From Gemmatimonadota bacterium (lineage in GTDB: Bacteria > Gemmatimonadota > Gemmatimonadetes > Palauibacterales > Palauibacteraceae): 44,889 bases of DNA. The position numbers and the translations under genes are program-made. Each line of letters opens with the position of its first letter. Position 1 is the stretch's first letter. The stretch is from positions 1 through 44,889 of the forward strand of contig JBDHHV010000012.1 of NCBI GenBank assembly GCA_039589195.1, given 5' to 3'. The notes beneath the pieces were generated by a model. It had not been told where the DNA came from. It did no database searches and saw only the letters and a program-made list of their open reading frames with translations. Below are positions 18,003 to 27,833 of the stretch, in pieces.

Positions 18003-21000
18003 ATGGCGCTCCCCGACCTCTCGCTCCGTCGCCCGGTGGCGACATCGATGCTGTTCGTCGCCGTGGCCGTGCTCGGGATCGTCTCTTTCCTGCGGTTGCC
18101 CATCGACCTCCTGCCGGACGTCTCCTTCCCCACGCTCTCGGTATGGACCACCTACCCGGATGCGGGCCCGGAGGAGATCGAACGCTTCGTGACCGAGCCC
18201 ATCGAAGGCGCTCTGTGGCGTGTGCCGGGGGTGCGGGAGGTGACTTCGCGCTCGCGTGAGGGTCAGTCGCTCGTCCGGCTCGAGTTCGGTTGGGGAACGG
18301 ACATGGAGTTCGCGACCCTGAACACGAGGGAGCGGCTCGACAACCTTCGCGAGACGCTACCGACCACGTCGGAGCGCCCCGTGATCCTTCGCTCCGACCC
18401 GCAGAGCGATCCGATCATGAACATCGCCATCAGCGGCGCGGATCTGCGCGAGCTGCGCCAGCTGGCGGAAGCCGTGTTCAAGCGACGGCTCGAACAGCTG
18501 GACGGGATCGCCCTCGCCGCCGTCACGGGGGGGCCGAAGCGGGAGATCCTCGTCGAGGTGGATCCGGACCGGCTCGCGGTGCACGACGTGACCCTGGACG
18601 AGATCGCGGGGGCCTTGGACGCCGCCAACTACAACGCGCCCGGCGGGGCAATCCGCCGCGGCAGGTTCCGCTACAGCCTCCGGACGTTGGGTCAGTTCTC
18701 CGCCCTGGAGCAGTTCACCGAGGTGGTGGTCGCTCGCCCGGCGGGCGGGAACGTCGTGCAGCTTTCCGATGTCGCGACGGTCAAGGACACGATCGCGGAG
18801 CTGGAGACGATCGCGCGCTACAACGGTGAACCCGCGATCGGGCTCCAGATTTACAAGGAATCGGGGTCCAACACGGTGCGTGTGGCAGACCGGGTCAGGC
18901 GGACCCTGGATCAGCTTCGGACCGAGTACCCGCGTGTGGATATGGAGCTCGCGTCGAGCCAGGCGACCTTCGTGCGAAACGCGATCTCCAACGTGGTTCA
19001 GGCCCTGCTGCTGGGCGGACTGCTGGCGTTCCTCGTTCTCTTCCTGTTCCTGCGTGACCCTCGCTATCCGGTCGCGATCAGCCTGGCGATTCCGATCTCG
19101 GTCATGGCGGCGTTCGCCCTCCTGTACGTGTTCGATGTGAGCGTCAACATCATGTCGCTCGGGGGGCTGGCGCTCGGCGTGGGGCTGCTCGTCGACAACT
19201 CGATCGTCGTGCTGGAGAACATCTTCCGGCACCGGGAGAGCGGGCACGCTCGTGCCGGGGAACCGCGTGATCATGCCGGGGCGTCGGGTGATCGCGCCCC
19301 CGCGTCCGATGTCCGAGAGATCCAGGCCAGACCGGCCTCGATCGGCGCACGTGAGGTCGCCGGGGCGATCACGGCCTCGACGCTCACGACGATCGCGGTC
19401 TTCGGCCCCGTGCTCTATGTCGAGGGCGTAGCGGGCGCGCTGTTCGGAGATCTCTCGTTGGCCGTGACGTTCTCGCTGCTCGCGTCGCTGCTGGTTGCGC
19501 TCACGTTGCTGCCGGTCATGGCGGCGCGCACGAAGCGTGGCCCCGCCACCGGCCGCGCGGAGTCGGGCGACGGCGCCGCGGGCCGTGCCCCGCCCGTGGA
19601 CCCGGCGGACGGCGCCGATCGTTGGCGACGGCTCAATCGCATCCGGGCACGAGCGTCACGGATCGCGGCAGCGCCCTTCAGGCTCCTGGCGTACGTCGGC
19701 CGCTCCATAGGTCTTACCGTAGGAGATGTCGGACGGGTCACCGGCCGTGGATTGGACCGGGTCTTCCGCCCACTCCTGGATGGCTTCGATCGATCGTTTC
19801 AGCGATTTGCGGGGCGTTACGAGAGGACGCTCGAGTGGTCGCTGGCCAACCGCGGTGCGGTTCTCGGGATCGCGGCGGGCGCGCTCGCGGTCGCCTGGCT
19901 CATCGGTGCCTCGTTGCCACGCGGCCTGATGCCTCGTGTGGATGAACGGCTGTTCCGGGTGGAGATCGAGCTGCCGGTGGGAACGCCGCTGCAGACCACG
20001 TCGGAGACCGCGGAGCGAATCGAGGCGTGGCTGCTCGAGAGGGAAGGGGTCGACGGTGTCTTCACGCGAGTCGGTCGCGCCCGCGACGCCGAGCTTGCGA
20101 CGCGTGAGCTCACCGGCCTCAACAGCGCCGCCATCGAAGTCCGGCTGCTCTCGCGAGGTCCGGGTACGGGTGCCGTCGTGGAGGAGCTTCGTGGGGCCGT
20201 GTCCGACATAGGTGTCGACCCCACGTACGTCTCGGTGGAGACCGGGCGCTCGACCTCGCTCGGACGGGCGCTCGATGTCGGGGAGTCCGATCTGGCCGTC
20301 AAGGTGCAGGGGGCGGAGCTGGACGAGCTCCTGCCGGTCGCGGAGGCCGTAGCGGTCCGCATGCGGGCGCTCGAGCAGCTGGCCGACGTGCGCGTCGACG
20401 TCCAGATGACGCAGCCGGTGTTGGAGGTGCGTGTCGATCAAGACGCGGCTGCGCTCCATGGACTTACGGTACGCGAGGTTGCAGATGGGATCGAATCGCT
20501 ACTGCGCGGGTCGGTCACCGACCGGAGCTTCGCGGAGTTCTCGGACAAGATCGACATTCGCGTCGCCCTACCCGAGGCGGCGCGTCAGGACTTGGCCGAG
20601 GTGATGGCAGTCCGGATCGAAGGGGTACCGCTCGGCGAGCTCGTTCAGGCACGGCCGGGGTACGGGCCGTTGGAGGTGCGCCGAGAGGATCAGAACCGGA
20701 CGGTGCAGGTGCTCGCCGATGTGCGTAGCGGCGGCCTCGCCGCCGCGGTAGGCGCCGTCGAAGAGGATCTCGCACAGGTGCCGAGGCCAGCGCTCGTCAG
20801 CGTCCGCGTCGGGGGGCAGAACGAGGAGATGCGCGAGAGCTTTCGCTCGCTCGGGTTCGCGTTCCTCCTGGCCCTGTTTCTCGTGTTCCTGATCATGGCG
20901 GCTCAGTTCGAGTCGCTCATCCAGCCGCTCGTCGTTCTGACCGCGGTGCCCCTCGCCGCCATCGGAACCGTCGCCGCTCTCGCCATCACGGGTTCGGGGA

Positions 21001-21404
21001 TCAACGTGATGAGCGGCATCGGGCTGGTGATCCTCATCGGTATCGTGGTCAACGACGCGATCATCAAGATCGATTTCATCAATCAGCGCCGCGATGCGGG
21101 TGTGCCCAAGCGAGCGGCGATCCTGGAGGCGGGCCGGCTGCGGCTCCGGCCGATCGTGATGACGACCGTGACCACGGTCGTGGGCCTGCTCCCGCTGGCT
21201 CTCGGTTGGGGAGCGGGTGCGGATCTACGAGCCCCGCTCGCCATCGTCGTGATCGGCGGACTCATCTCGGCGACGTTCCTGACGCTTCTCGTCGTTCCGG
21301 TGATCTACTCGCTCCTCGTGGAGCCGCGGGTGTCCGTGGCGGTGCCTGAGCCCGTTTCCACGCGCGCGGCCATGGGTGAGCCGGTGCCCGGGACGAGCGC
21401 ATGA
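18003..21404 (+). CDS. RND efflux permease (AcrB/MdtB/CzcA superfamily), paralogue 1, with extended cytoplasmic loops
   Basis: MALPDLSLRRPVATSMLFVAVAVLGIVSFLRLPIDLLPDVSFPTL is a classic RND N-terminus; 12-TM architecture with two large periplasmic loops. 1133 aa, with about 30- and 60-aa Arg/Gly/Ala-rich insertions in the TM4-TM5 and post-TM6 cytoplasmic loops. Confidence 0.9.
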   Translation: MALPDLSLRRPVATSMLFVAVAVLGIVSFLRLPIDLLPDVSFPTLSVWTTYPDAGPEEIERFVTEPIEGALWRVPGVREVTSRSREGQSLVRLEFGWGTDMEFATLNTRERLDNLRETLPTTSERPVILRSDPQSDPIMNIAISGADLRELRQLAEAVFKRRLEQLDGIALAAVTGGPKREILVEVDPDRLAVHDVTLDEIAGALDAANYNAPGGAIRRGRFRYSLRTLGQFSALEQFTEVVVARPAGGNVVQLSDVATVKDTIAELETIARYNGEPAIGLQIYKESGSNTVRVADRVRRTLDQLRTEYPRVDMELASSQATFVRNAISNVVQALLLGGLLAFLVLFLFLRDPRYPVAISLAIPISVMAAFALLYVFDVSVNIMSLGGLALGVGLLVDNSIVVLENIFRHRESGHARAGEPRDHAGASGDRAPASDVREIQARPASIGAREVAGAITASTLTTIAVFGPVLYVEGVAGALFGDLSLAVTFSLLASLLVALTLLPVMAARTKRGPATGRAESGDGAAGRAPPVDPADGADRWRRLNRIRARASRIAAAPFRLLAYVGRSIGLTVGDVGRVTGRGLDRVFRPLLDGFDRSFQRFAGRYERTLEWSLANRGAVLGIAAGALAVAWLIGASLPRGLMPRVDERLFRVEIELPVGTPLQTTSETAERIEAWLLEREGVDGVFTRVGRARDAELATRELTGLNSAAIEVRLLSRGPGTGAVVEELRGAVSDIGVDPTYVSVETGRSTSLGRALDVGESDLAVKVQGAELDELLPVAEAVAVRMRALEQLADVRVDVQMTQPVLEVRVDQDAAALHGLTVREVADGIESLLRGSVTDRSFAEFSDKIDIRVALPEAARQDLAEVMAVRIEGVPLGELVQARPGYGPLEVRREDQNRTVQVLADVRSGGLAAAVGAVEEDLAQVPRPALVSVRVGGQNEEMRESFRSLGFAFLLALFLVFLIMAAQFESLIQPLVVLTAVPLAAIGTVAALAITGSGINVMSGIGLVILIGIVVNDAIIKIDFINQRRDAGVPKRAAILEAGRLRLRPIVMTTVTTVVGLLPLALGWGAGADLRAPLAIVVIGGLISATFLTLLVVPVIYSLLVEPRVSVAVPEPVSTRAAMGEPVPGTSA

Positions 21405-24400
21405 TCGACCTCTCGATCCGACGGCCCGTCGCGACCGCCGCGATATACATCGGTCTGTTTGCCTTGGGCGCGTTCAGCTTCCGGCTCATCCCGGTGGAGC
21501 TCCTTCCAGAGGTCGCTTACCCGAAGCTGACCGTCAGCGCTTCCTGGGCGGGAGCCTCCCCCGAGGCGCTCGAGGCGTTTGTCACCGCGCCCATCGAGTC
21601 CGCCATCCAGCAGGTGCGCGGCGTGCGCAAGGTGATCTCGACGTCGCGCGTCGATCAGCGCGGCATGGGCTCGAATGCCTCGATCGAGATCGAGTTCGAG
21701 CGCGACACGCGGATGGAGTTCGCCAGGCTGGACATGGGGGAGCGGATCGCGGCGCTCTCGGACGAGCTTCCACCGGGCGTCTACCCGAGCGTAGAGCCAT
21801 TCGTCCCGCCCGAGTTCGAGGAGGAAGATCAGCCGTTCCTCAGCTATCGACTCACGGGTCCGTACACGTTCGGTGAGCTGGGACGTCTGGGTGACGAGGA
21901 GATTGTCCCCACACTCCGAGCGATCGATGGTGTTGCGGACGCCCAGGTCTACGGTGGCGAGCAGCGAGAGATCGCGATCGAGCTGGATCGGGAGCGCCTC
22001 GAGGCGCTGAACCTGCGACCCGAAGACGTACGGGCTCGGATCGAGGAGGTGTCGGCCCCCCGTGCCCCGGGCTCGGTCACGCTCGATGGCCGGACGGTTG
22101 CCCTGGCCGTTCGTACGCGGGCGTTCGCGGTGGCGGAGTTGGGCGACATTGTCGTCCTAGCCCGTCCTGAAGGAGCGATACGCGTGCGGGACCTGGGGCG
22201 CGTTCGAGATCAAACGGCCGACCCCAGGCTCATGGTCCGAATCGATGGGCTCCCGACGGTGCAGCTCGTCATACGGCGGCAGACGGGCACCAATGCCGTC
22301 CGGCTCGCCGACCGGCTGAAAGGGCATCTTTCTGAACGCGCGGCGGAGCTTCCTCCAGGGGTGGAGCTCGAGCTGCTGGATGACCAGAGCGAAGACATCC
22401 GCACGCAGCTCAGTGATCTGAGACTGCGCGCGATCGCGGCTGCGATCGTGATCTTCCTGGTGCTGATGCTCTTCTTGCGCTCGCTATCCGCCGTGGCCGT
22501 CGTATTCGCGACTATCGGCTTCAGCGTGTTGTTCGCGGTGAACCTCCTGTACCTGGGCGGGTTCTCGCTCAACGTCCTGAGCCTCGCGGGTCTCGCTTGG
22601 GGCTTCGGTCTGGTCGTCGACAACGGGATCGTCGTGTTCGAGAACGTGGACAGGCACCATGGTCAGGGAGCCTCGACACGCGATGCGGCCCTACGCGGTG
22701 CGCGTCAGGTCGCGCTACCGGTGGTCGCGTCGACACTCACCACGGCGATCGTGCTCGTCCCGTTCCTTTTCCTTCAGGGCGATCTCCGCGCGTACTACCT
22801 GCCGTTGGCATTCGCGGTCGGGTTCTCGATCCTGGCCAGTCTGTTCGTGGCCTTTACCTTCGTGCCGTCGCTCGCGGCCCGTTTGGGCGGGCGGGTGAGA
22901 CCGCCGGTCGTCGACACCGCGTCCCAGCACCTGCACGAGCCGTTCTACATCCAGGGCTACCGCACCGCGCTCGGCTGGGCCCTGAGGCACCCGGTCATGG
23001 TCGGACTGGTGTGCGGTGGGTGCCTGGCGGGGAGCTTCCTTCTGTTCGACAAGAACGTCACGCGTGGTGTCCCGTGGACCAGCTTCTGGGGGCAGCGCAC
23101 CTATATCCTGATCACGATCCAGTTTCCGCGCGGGGCCGGCATCGATCGAACGGACGAGTTGGCTCGGGCGTTCGAGGCCAAGCTGGCGACGCTCCCGGAG
23201 CCCGAGCGCTACGTGACCGTGGTCCAGGATCAGTACGCACGAATCGAGGTGACTTTCCCCGAGGAGCTCGAAGATTCCCCGGTCCCACCCGCGATCAAGG
23301 AGCAGATGGTCGCGTACAGCTACGGGTTCTCCGGGGTCGAGGTTCGCGTGTACGGATACGGCCCCAGCTTCTACGGGGGAGGAGGCAGCCCACCTAACTA
23401 CCGACTCAAGGTGCTTGGATATAACTATTTAACCGTGCGAGATATAGCAGGCGAGATCGCGGGCCGATTGGAGCGCTTCGGGCGCATCCAGGACGTGGAT
23501 CCGAACGCGAGCGGCTCGTGGTTCGAGCGGGACAAGGAGTTCGAGTTCACCATCGCACCGAACCGATCGGCGCTGGAGTCGCACGACCTCTCCGTCGAAC
23601 AGCTGCTCTCCTTCGTGTCGGCGAATGTTCGGACGGAGTTCAGTGGGAATCAGCTCCGGATCGGGGGGGACGAGGTGCCGTATGCGGTGAAGGTGGCCGG
23701 GTATCGGGACTTCGATCTACAGAACCTGCGTGAGCTGCGAATCCCCGTCGAGTCGGGCGCGGACCTCCGGCTCATCGACGTCGCGAGCGTTGAACAGCGC
23801 GATGTCCTGGCGAACATCCGGCGGGAGGACCAGCAGTACGAGCGCACCGTGGCGTGGGAGTTCCGTGGGCCGATCAAGCTGGGGGACCTCGTGCGCGATG
23901 CGGTCGTCGATGCGATGGAGCTTCCTCCAGGGTACCGGGTCGAGGAGGATGAGAGCTGGCGTTGGTCCGAGGAAGAACGGGTCCAGGTGTACCTCGTCCT
24001 CGGCTTCGCCATCCTGCTCATCTACATGGTCACCGCGGGACTGTTCGAATCCCTGGCCGCGCCGTTCGTGGTCCTCCTGACACTGCCGCTCGCGCTCATC
24101 GGGGTCTTCCTGATCTTCTTCCTCGCCGATGCCACCTTCACCCGCACGGCGTACATCGGGACAATCATGATGGCGGGGATCGTGGTGAACAACGCGATCC
24201 TGATCGTCTACCACATCGGCGAGCTCCGCCGCCACATGGAGATCCGGGCCGCTATCCTTCAGGGGACGCTGGAGCGCGTGCGGCCGATCTTCATGACCAC
24301 GCTCACGACCGTCTTCGGGCTCCTCCCGCTCGTAGTGTTCGCCGGTGGGCAGGACAGCAACATCTGGAACGCGCTCGCCCTTGCGACGATCGGCGGGCTG

Positions 24401-24472
24401 ATCTCGAGCACGATCTTCGTGCTGGTCGCGATCCCGGTCGCGTACCGGTGGATCGTGGCGCGAGGCGCCTGA
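21401..24472 (+). CDS. RND efflux permease, paralogue 2
   Basis: ATGA overlap with paralogue 1. MIDLSIRRPVATAAIYIGLFALGAFSFRLIPVELLPEVAYPKL; 1023 aa with canonical RND topology. Confidence 0.9.
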   Translation: MIDLSIRRPVATAAIYIGLFALGAFSFRLIPVELLPEVAYPKLTVSASWAGASPEALEAFVTAPIESAIQQVRGVRKVISTSRVDQRGMGSNASIEIEFERDTRMEFARLDMGERIAALSDELPPGVYPSVEPFVPPEFEEEDQPFLSYRLTGPYTFGELGRLGDEEIVPTLRAIDGVADAQVYGGEQREIAIELDRERLEALNLRPEDVRARIEEVSAPRAPGSVTLDGRTVALAVRTRAFAVAELGDIVVLARPEGAIRVRDLGRVRDQTADPRLMVRIDGLPTVQLVIRRQTGTNAVRLADRLKGHLSERAAELPPGVELELLDDQSEDIRTQLSDLRLRAIAAAIVIFLVLMLFLRSLSAVAVVFATIGFSVLFAVNLLYLGGFSLNVLSLAGLAWGFGLVVDNGIVVFENVDRHHGQGASTRDAALRGARQVALPVVASTLTTAIVLVPFLFLQGDLRAYYLPLAFAVGFSILASLFVAFTFVPSLAARLGGRVRPPVVDTASQHLHEPFYIQGYRTALGWALRHPVMVGLVCGGCLAGSFLLFDKNVTRGVPWTSFWGQRTYILITIQFPRGAGIDRTDELARAFEAKLATLPEPERYVTVVQDQYARIEVTFPEELEDSPVPPAIKEQMVAYSYGFSGVEVRVYGYGPSFYGGGGSPPNYRLKVLGYNYLTVRDIAGEIAGRLERFGRIQDVDPNASGSWFERDKEFEFTIAPNRSALESHDLSVEQLLSFVSANVRTEFSGNQLRIGGDEVPYAVKVAGYRDFDLQNLRELRIPVESGADLRLIDVASVEQRDVLANIRREDQQYERTVAWEFRGPIKLGDLVRDAVVDAMELPPGYRVEEDESWRWSEEERVQVYLVLGFAILLIYMVTAGLFESLAAPFVVLLTLPLALIGVFLIFFLADATFTRTAYIGTIMMAGIVVNNAILIVYHIGELRRHMEIRAAILQGTLERVRPIFMTTLTTVFGLLPLVVFAGGQDSNIWNALALATIGGLISSTIFVLVAIPVAYRWIVARGA

Positions 24473-24477
24473 GCGGG

Positions 24478-24498
24478 CGGTCACCGAGGTGGTGACCG
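24478..24498 (+). terminator. Hairpin CGGTCACC-gaggt-GGTGACCG just after the RND operon stop
   Basis: 8-bp perfect inverted repeat starting 6 nt after the TGA at 24470-24472. A second hairpin (CTACGGA...TCCGTAG) follows. No U-tract. Confidence 0.35.
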
Positions 24499-24572
24499 AT
24501 ACTCATGCCGGGTCTACGGAAGCCGTGCCCTGATCCGTAGCGGCGGCCCTACTGCCGAGATATCCTGTCACT

Positions 24573-25199
24573 ATGCTGTCCGTGTACCTGCTCTGCCTGG
24601 TGGTCGGCGGTGGTTTCGCCCTCCTCTCCGCGTTCGGCGATTTCCTCGACGCGGACGCGGATGTCGATATGGATGTCGACGCCGACTTCGACCTGGATCT
24701 CGACCTTGATGCGGACGCGCACCTGCCCGACGTCGTCGGGGCGGCCGATCCCGGGCACGTGGCGGCCATATTCTCCCTCCGCTCGCTCATCTTCTCGATG
24801 TTCGGGTTCGGCGCGACCGGGTCGCTCCTCACGCTGTTCGGCGCCACCCCCGGCGGGTTACTCACGGTCCTGCTCGCTGTGTTGGCGGGTTTGGCCGTGG
24901 GCGCGGCGGTCGGTGCGTTCCTGTCCTACCTGAAGCGCTCCGACTCAGGGGCTCAGCTCACCGAGACCAGCTTCGTCGGACTGCCGGCGAGGGTGACGCT
25001 GCCGATCGGTGCCGAATCGGCCGGTCACATCCTCGTTAAAAAGGGGGACCGCGAGCATTCCATCCGTGCCCTCCCGTACCCGGGTGAGGTGGAGGGGTCC
25101 GATCCCTCGACGTGGGAGAAGGTGGTGGTCATCGAGATGGAGAAAGGGGTGGCCTACGTGGGGCCACTGCGGGGAGAGGACATCGATCTTCTCCCATGA
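24573..25199 (+). CDS. NfeD-like (YqiJ-type, short form) membrane protein with C-terminal OB-fold
   Basis: N-terminal TM, then the acidic repeat DADADVDMDVDADFDLDLDLDAD, further TM helices, and a C-terminal beta-barrel (ARVTLPIGAESAGHILVKKGDREHSIRAL...VVVIEMEKGVAYV). It lies immediately upstream of a flotillin gene, the canonical NfeD-SPFH pairing. Confidence 0.75.
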   Translation: MLSVYLLCLVVGGGFALLSAFGDFLDADADVDMDVDADFDLDLDLDADAHLPDVVGAADPGHVAAIFSLRSLIFSMFGFGATGSLLTLFGATPGGLLTVLLAVLAGLAVGAAVGAFLSYLKRSDSGAQLTETSFVGLPARVTLPIGAESAGHILVKKGDREHSIRALPYPGEVEGSDPSTWEKVVVIEMEKGVAYVGPLRGEDIDLLP

Positions 25200-25262
25200 G
25201 TGAATCAGACCGTCGCACCGCGCCGACTGCGGCGCGGCGGATCACATAGCAGGGAGGAATCC

Positions 25263-26603
25263 ATGGATCCGATCTCAGGGGCTCTTCTGACTGGAGGTGT
25301 GATCCTCGTCGTCATCATGCTCGCGCTGATGGCGATTCGCCGACTCATCATCATCGTCCCCCCGAACGAAGCGGCCGTGATCACCGGGCGAAACCGTATG
25401 CTCTCGAGTGGGGAGCGGGTCGGGTACCGAAACGTGATCGGGGGTCGCACGCTGCGGATCCCGATCATCGAAGAGGTGGAATACGTCACGCTCGAGACGA
25501 TCCCCATCGAGATCTCGGTGACGAACGCGTTCTCGAAGGGGAATATCCCGCTCAACATCGAAGCGATCGCCAACGTCAAGCTCGCCTCACAGCCCGAGAC
25601 GGTGTTCAACAACGCGGTGGAACGCCTGCTCGGAAAGCCGATGGAGGAAGTCCGGGAGTTGGCCCGTGACACGCTGATGGGGAATCTGAGAGGCGTGCTG
25701 GCCACGCTCACGCCCGAAGAGGTGAACGAAGACCGATTGGGCTTCGCGCGGGCGCTGGCAGAGGACGCCGGCGAGGATCTCGCGGCGCTCGGGTTCCATC
25801 TGGACGTGCTGAAGATCCAGAACGTAGCCGACGAGCGCGGTTATCTGGAAGCGATCGGCCGCAAGCGTGCCGCCGAGGCGGTCCGGGACGCGGAGATCGC
25901 GGAAGCGGATGCCGATTCGTCGACCCGGCAGCGGCAGGCCGACGCACGGCAGCTCGCGGAGGTGCGGGAAGCCGAGGCCGACATCGCGATAGCCGAAGCG
26001 AAGAACCTGCTGCGTGTGCGCCGGGCGGAGTTGGACCGCGAAGGGCTCACGGCGGAAAAGATCGCGCACGTGCACGCCGATGAAGCCGAGATCGAGGCCC
26101 TCAAGCAGCTCGAGATGAGGCGGGTCGAGCGGGAGACCGAGCGACTGCGCGCCGACGTGATCGCCCCCGCGCAGGCCGAAAGGGAAGCCGCTCAGGCGCT
26201 CGCGGAGGCGCAGGCGGCTCCGATCCTTGAGCGAGGCAAGGCGAACGTCCGCGTGCTCGAGCTGCTGTACGAGAAGCTGCAACAGGGTGGGGACCAGGCG
26301 TTCGCGGCGTTTCTGGCGGAGAAGCTGCCCGAGCTGCTCCGGATCTCGGTCGAAGCGATCAAGGACGTGGATATCGATCGCCTGGTCGTGCTGGACGGGG
26401 GCGAGGGAACCGGCGTGACCAACGTCGTGAACCAGAAGATTCGCGGCGCGCTCGGCACCATCGAAGGCCTTTCGTCCAGCCTCGGGATCGACATCGAAGC
26501 CGCGCTGCGGGGAGCGGCCACTCGCATCGGCGGCTCGGGCGAGGGTGAGGTAGGTGACGCGCGTGAGAGTCCGCCCCCGATGGACCCCGGAGGGGAAGGC
26601 TAG
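25263..26603 (+). CDS. Flotillin-like SPFH/band-7 domain protein (YqiK/FloT-like)
   Basis: ATG 25263 after GGGAGG. N-terminal TM (GGVILVVIMLALMAI), an SPFH domain, then a long Ala/Glu-rich coiled coil (AEAVRDAEIAEADAD...EAEADIAIAEAKNLLRVRRAELDREG). Confidence 0.85.
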   Translation: MDPISGALLTGGVILVVIMLALMAIRRLIIIVPPNEAAVITGRNRMLSSGERVGYRNVIGGRTLRIPIIEEVEYVTLETIPIEISVTNAFSKGNIPLNIEAIANVKLASQPETVFNNAVERLLGKPMEEVRELARDTLMGNLRGVLATLTPEEVNEDRLGFARALAEDAGEDLAALGFHLDVLKIQNVADERGYLEAIGRKRAAEAVRDAEIAEADADSSTRQRQADARQLAEVREAEADIAIAEAKNLLRVRRAELDREGLTAEKIAHVHADEAEIEALKQLEMRRVERETERLRADVIAPAQAEREAAQALAEAQAAPILERGKANVRVLELLYEKLQQGGDQAFAAFLAEKLPELLRISVEAIKDVDIDRLVVLDGGEGTGVTNVVNQKIRGALGTIEGLSSSLGIDIEAALRGAATRIGGSGEGEVGDARESPPPMDPGGEG

Positions 26604-26782
26604 CCCCTCTCGGAACCCCCGCTCTCGGGACTCCCGGCCGCCAGCCGTCCCTCGAGATGGTCGCGCTCGCGGTGCACGACGCCGCGCCGATCTTTGCCCC
26701 CGGCGAGCGAGCCTGATAGGTATGGGGGCGCCCGGTCGAGGGCGCGAATGCCGGTACATCACCACACAGAAGGAGTGAACGG

Positions 26783-27541
26783 ATGAGGTCCATTCGGGGA
26801 GCCGTCGAGTGCACGGCGTTCTTGTTATGCAGCCTGACGGTTTTCGGGTGCGGGTCCGACTCCGATTCCGACTCGGCATCCGAGGGCGATGTCCCCGGGA
26901 CCGAAGCACCGTCACCCAGTGCCACGAGCGAAGGGGGCAACGAGATGAGTGACTCGCCGCTGCTGGGCCCGAGCAGTCCGGAGAACAATCGGACCGCGCC
27001 GGGCGAGTTCACGATCCGGTTCTCCACCTCCGCCGGTGACTTCAACGTGGTCGTTCATCGCGATTGGGCGCCGAACGGCGCCGATCGATTGTACAACCTG
27101 GTCAGGGCCGGATTCTACGACGGGGCCCGCTTCTTCCGCGTCCTGGACGGGTTCATGGCCCAGTTCGGAATCAACGGTGACCCACAGGTGTCCGCGGTCT
27201 GGCGTGGTGCGCAGATTCCGGACGATCCGGTCGTCGAGAGCAACACGCGGGGTCGGGTCACGTACGCGATGGGTGGGCCGAACACGCGCACCAGTCAGCT
27301 CTTCATCAACTATGGCAACAACTCGACCCTGGATCAGCAGGGCTTCTCCCCGCTCGGCGAGGTGGTCGAGGGGATGGAGGTCGTCGACCGTCTCTACAGC
27401 GGGTACGGGGAAGGGGCTCCACGCGGCACCGGGCCAGACCAGGGCCGAATCCAGTTCGAGGGGAACGCCTACCTGGAAGCCGACTACCCCGAGTTGGACT
27501 ACATCATCGAGGCTCGGCTCGTCGACGGCGAGGACGACTGA
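26783..27541 (+). CDS. Cyclophilin-type peptidyl-prolyl cis-trans isomerase, lipoprotein with a Ser/Asp-rich linker
   Basis: RBS AAGGAG. Lipobox LTVFGCGSDSDSDS. Cyclophilin core: FRVLDGFMAQFG, NTRGRVTYAMGGPNTRTSQLFINY and SPLGEVVEGMEVVDRL. Confidence 0.85.
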   Translation: MRSIRGAVECTAFLLCSLTVFGCGSDSDSDSASEGDVPGTEAPSPSATSEGGNEMSDSPLLGPSSPENNRTAPGEFTIRFSTSAGDFNVVVHRDWAPNGADRLYNLVRAGFYDGARFFRVLDGFMAQFGINGDPQVSAVWRGAQIPDDPVVESNTRGRVTYAMGGPNTRTSQLFINYGNNSTLDQQGFSPLGEVVEGMEVVDRLYSGYGEGAPRGTGPDQGRIQFEGNAYLEADYPELDYIIEARLVDGEDD

Positions 27542-27555
27542 GCTCCTCCCCCTAA

Positions 27556-27600
27556 CGGTGCGTCCCGATACTGGCCCCAGGGCCGTTCCGGGACGCACCG
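27556..27600 (+). terminator. Long hairpin (12-bp stem CGGTGCGTCCCG / CGGGACGCACCG) directly downstream of the cyclophilin gene; first of three consecutive hairpins
   Basis: Perfect 12-bp inverted repeat with a 21-nt loop that itself contains the GGCCCCAGGGCC palindrome. Followed by GGGGACG-ttg-CGTCCCC (27608-27624) and GTTGCG-tgtg-CGCAAC (27635-27650). Confidence 0.4.
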
Positions 27601-27833
27601 CCTCGTCGGGGACGTTGCGTCCCCCCCCTATTGTGTTGCGTGTGCGCAACGCTTGAATGGTGGCCGGAGACCTCCGCCCCTGGTTCCGGGCCGACACGAG
27701 GATCTCCACGCCGCCCTCGCATCTGACCGCCGTACCCTGACGGAGCGCGTGCCGAGCGGACAATCGGGGACCTGACACCCCGTGCGGGCAGTGCCTCCGA
27801 GCCAGTGCCGAAGTGGGGCGGACCACCCCCCAC

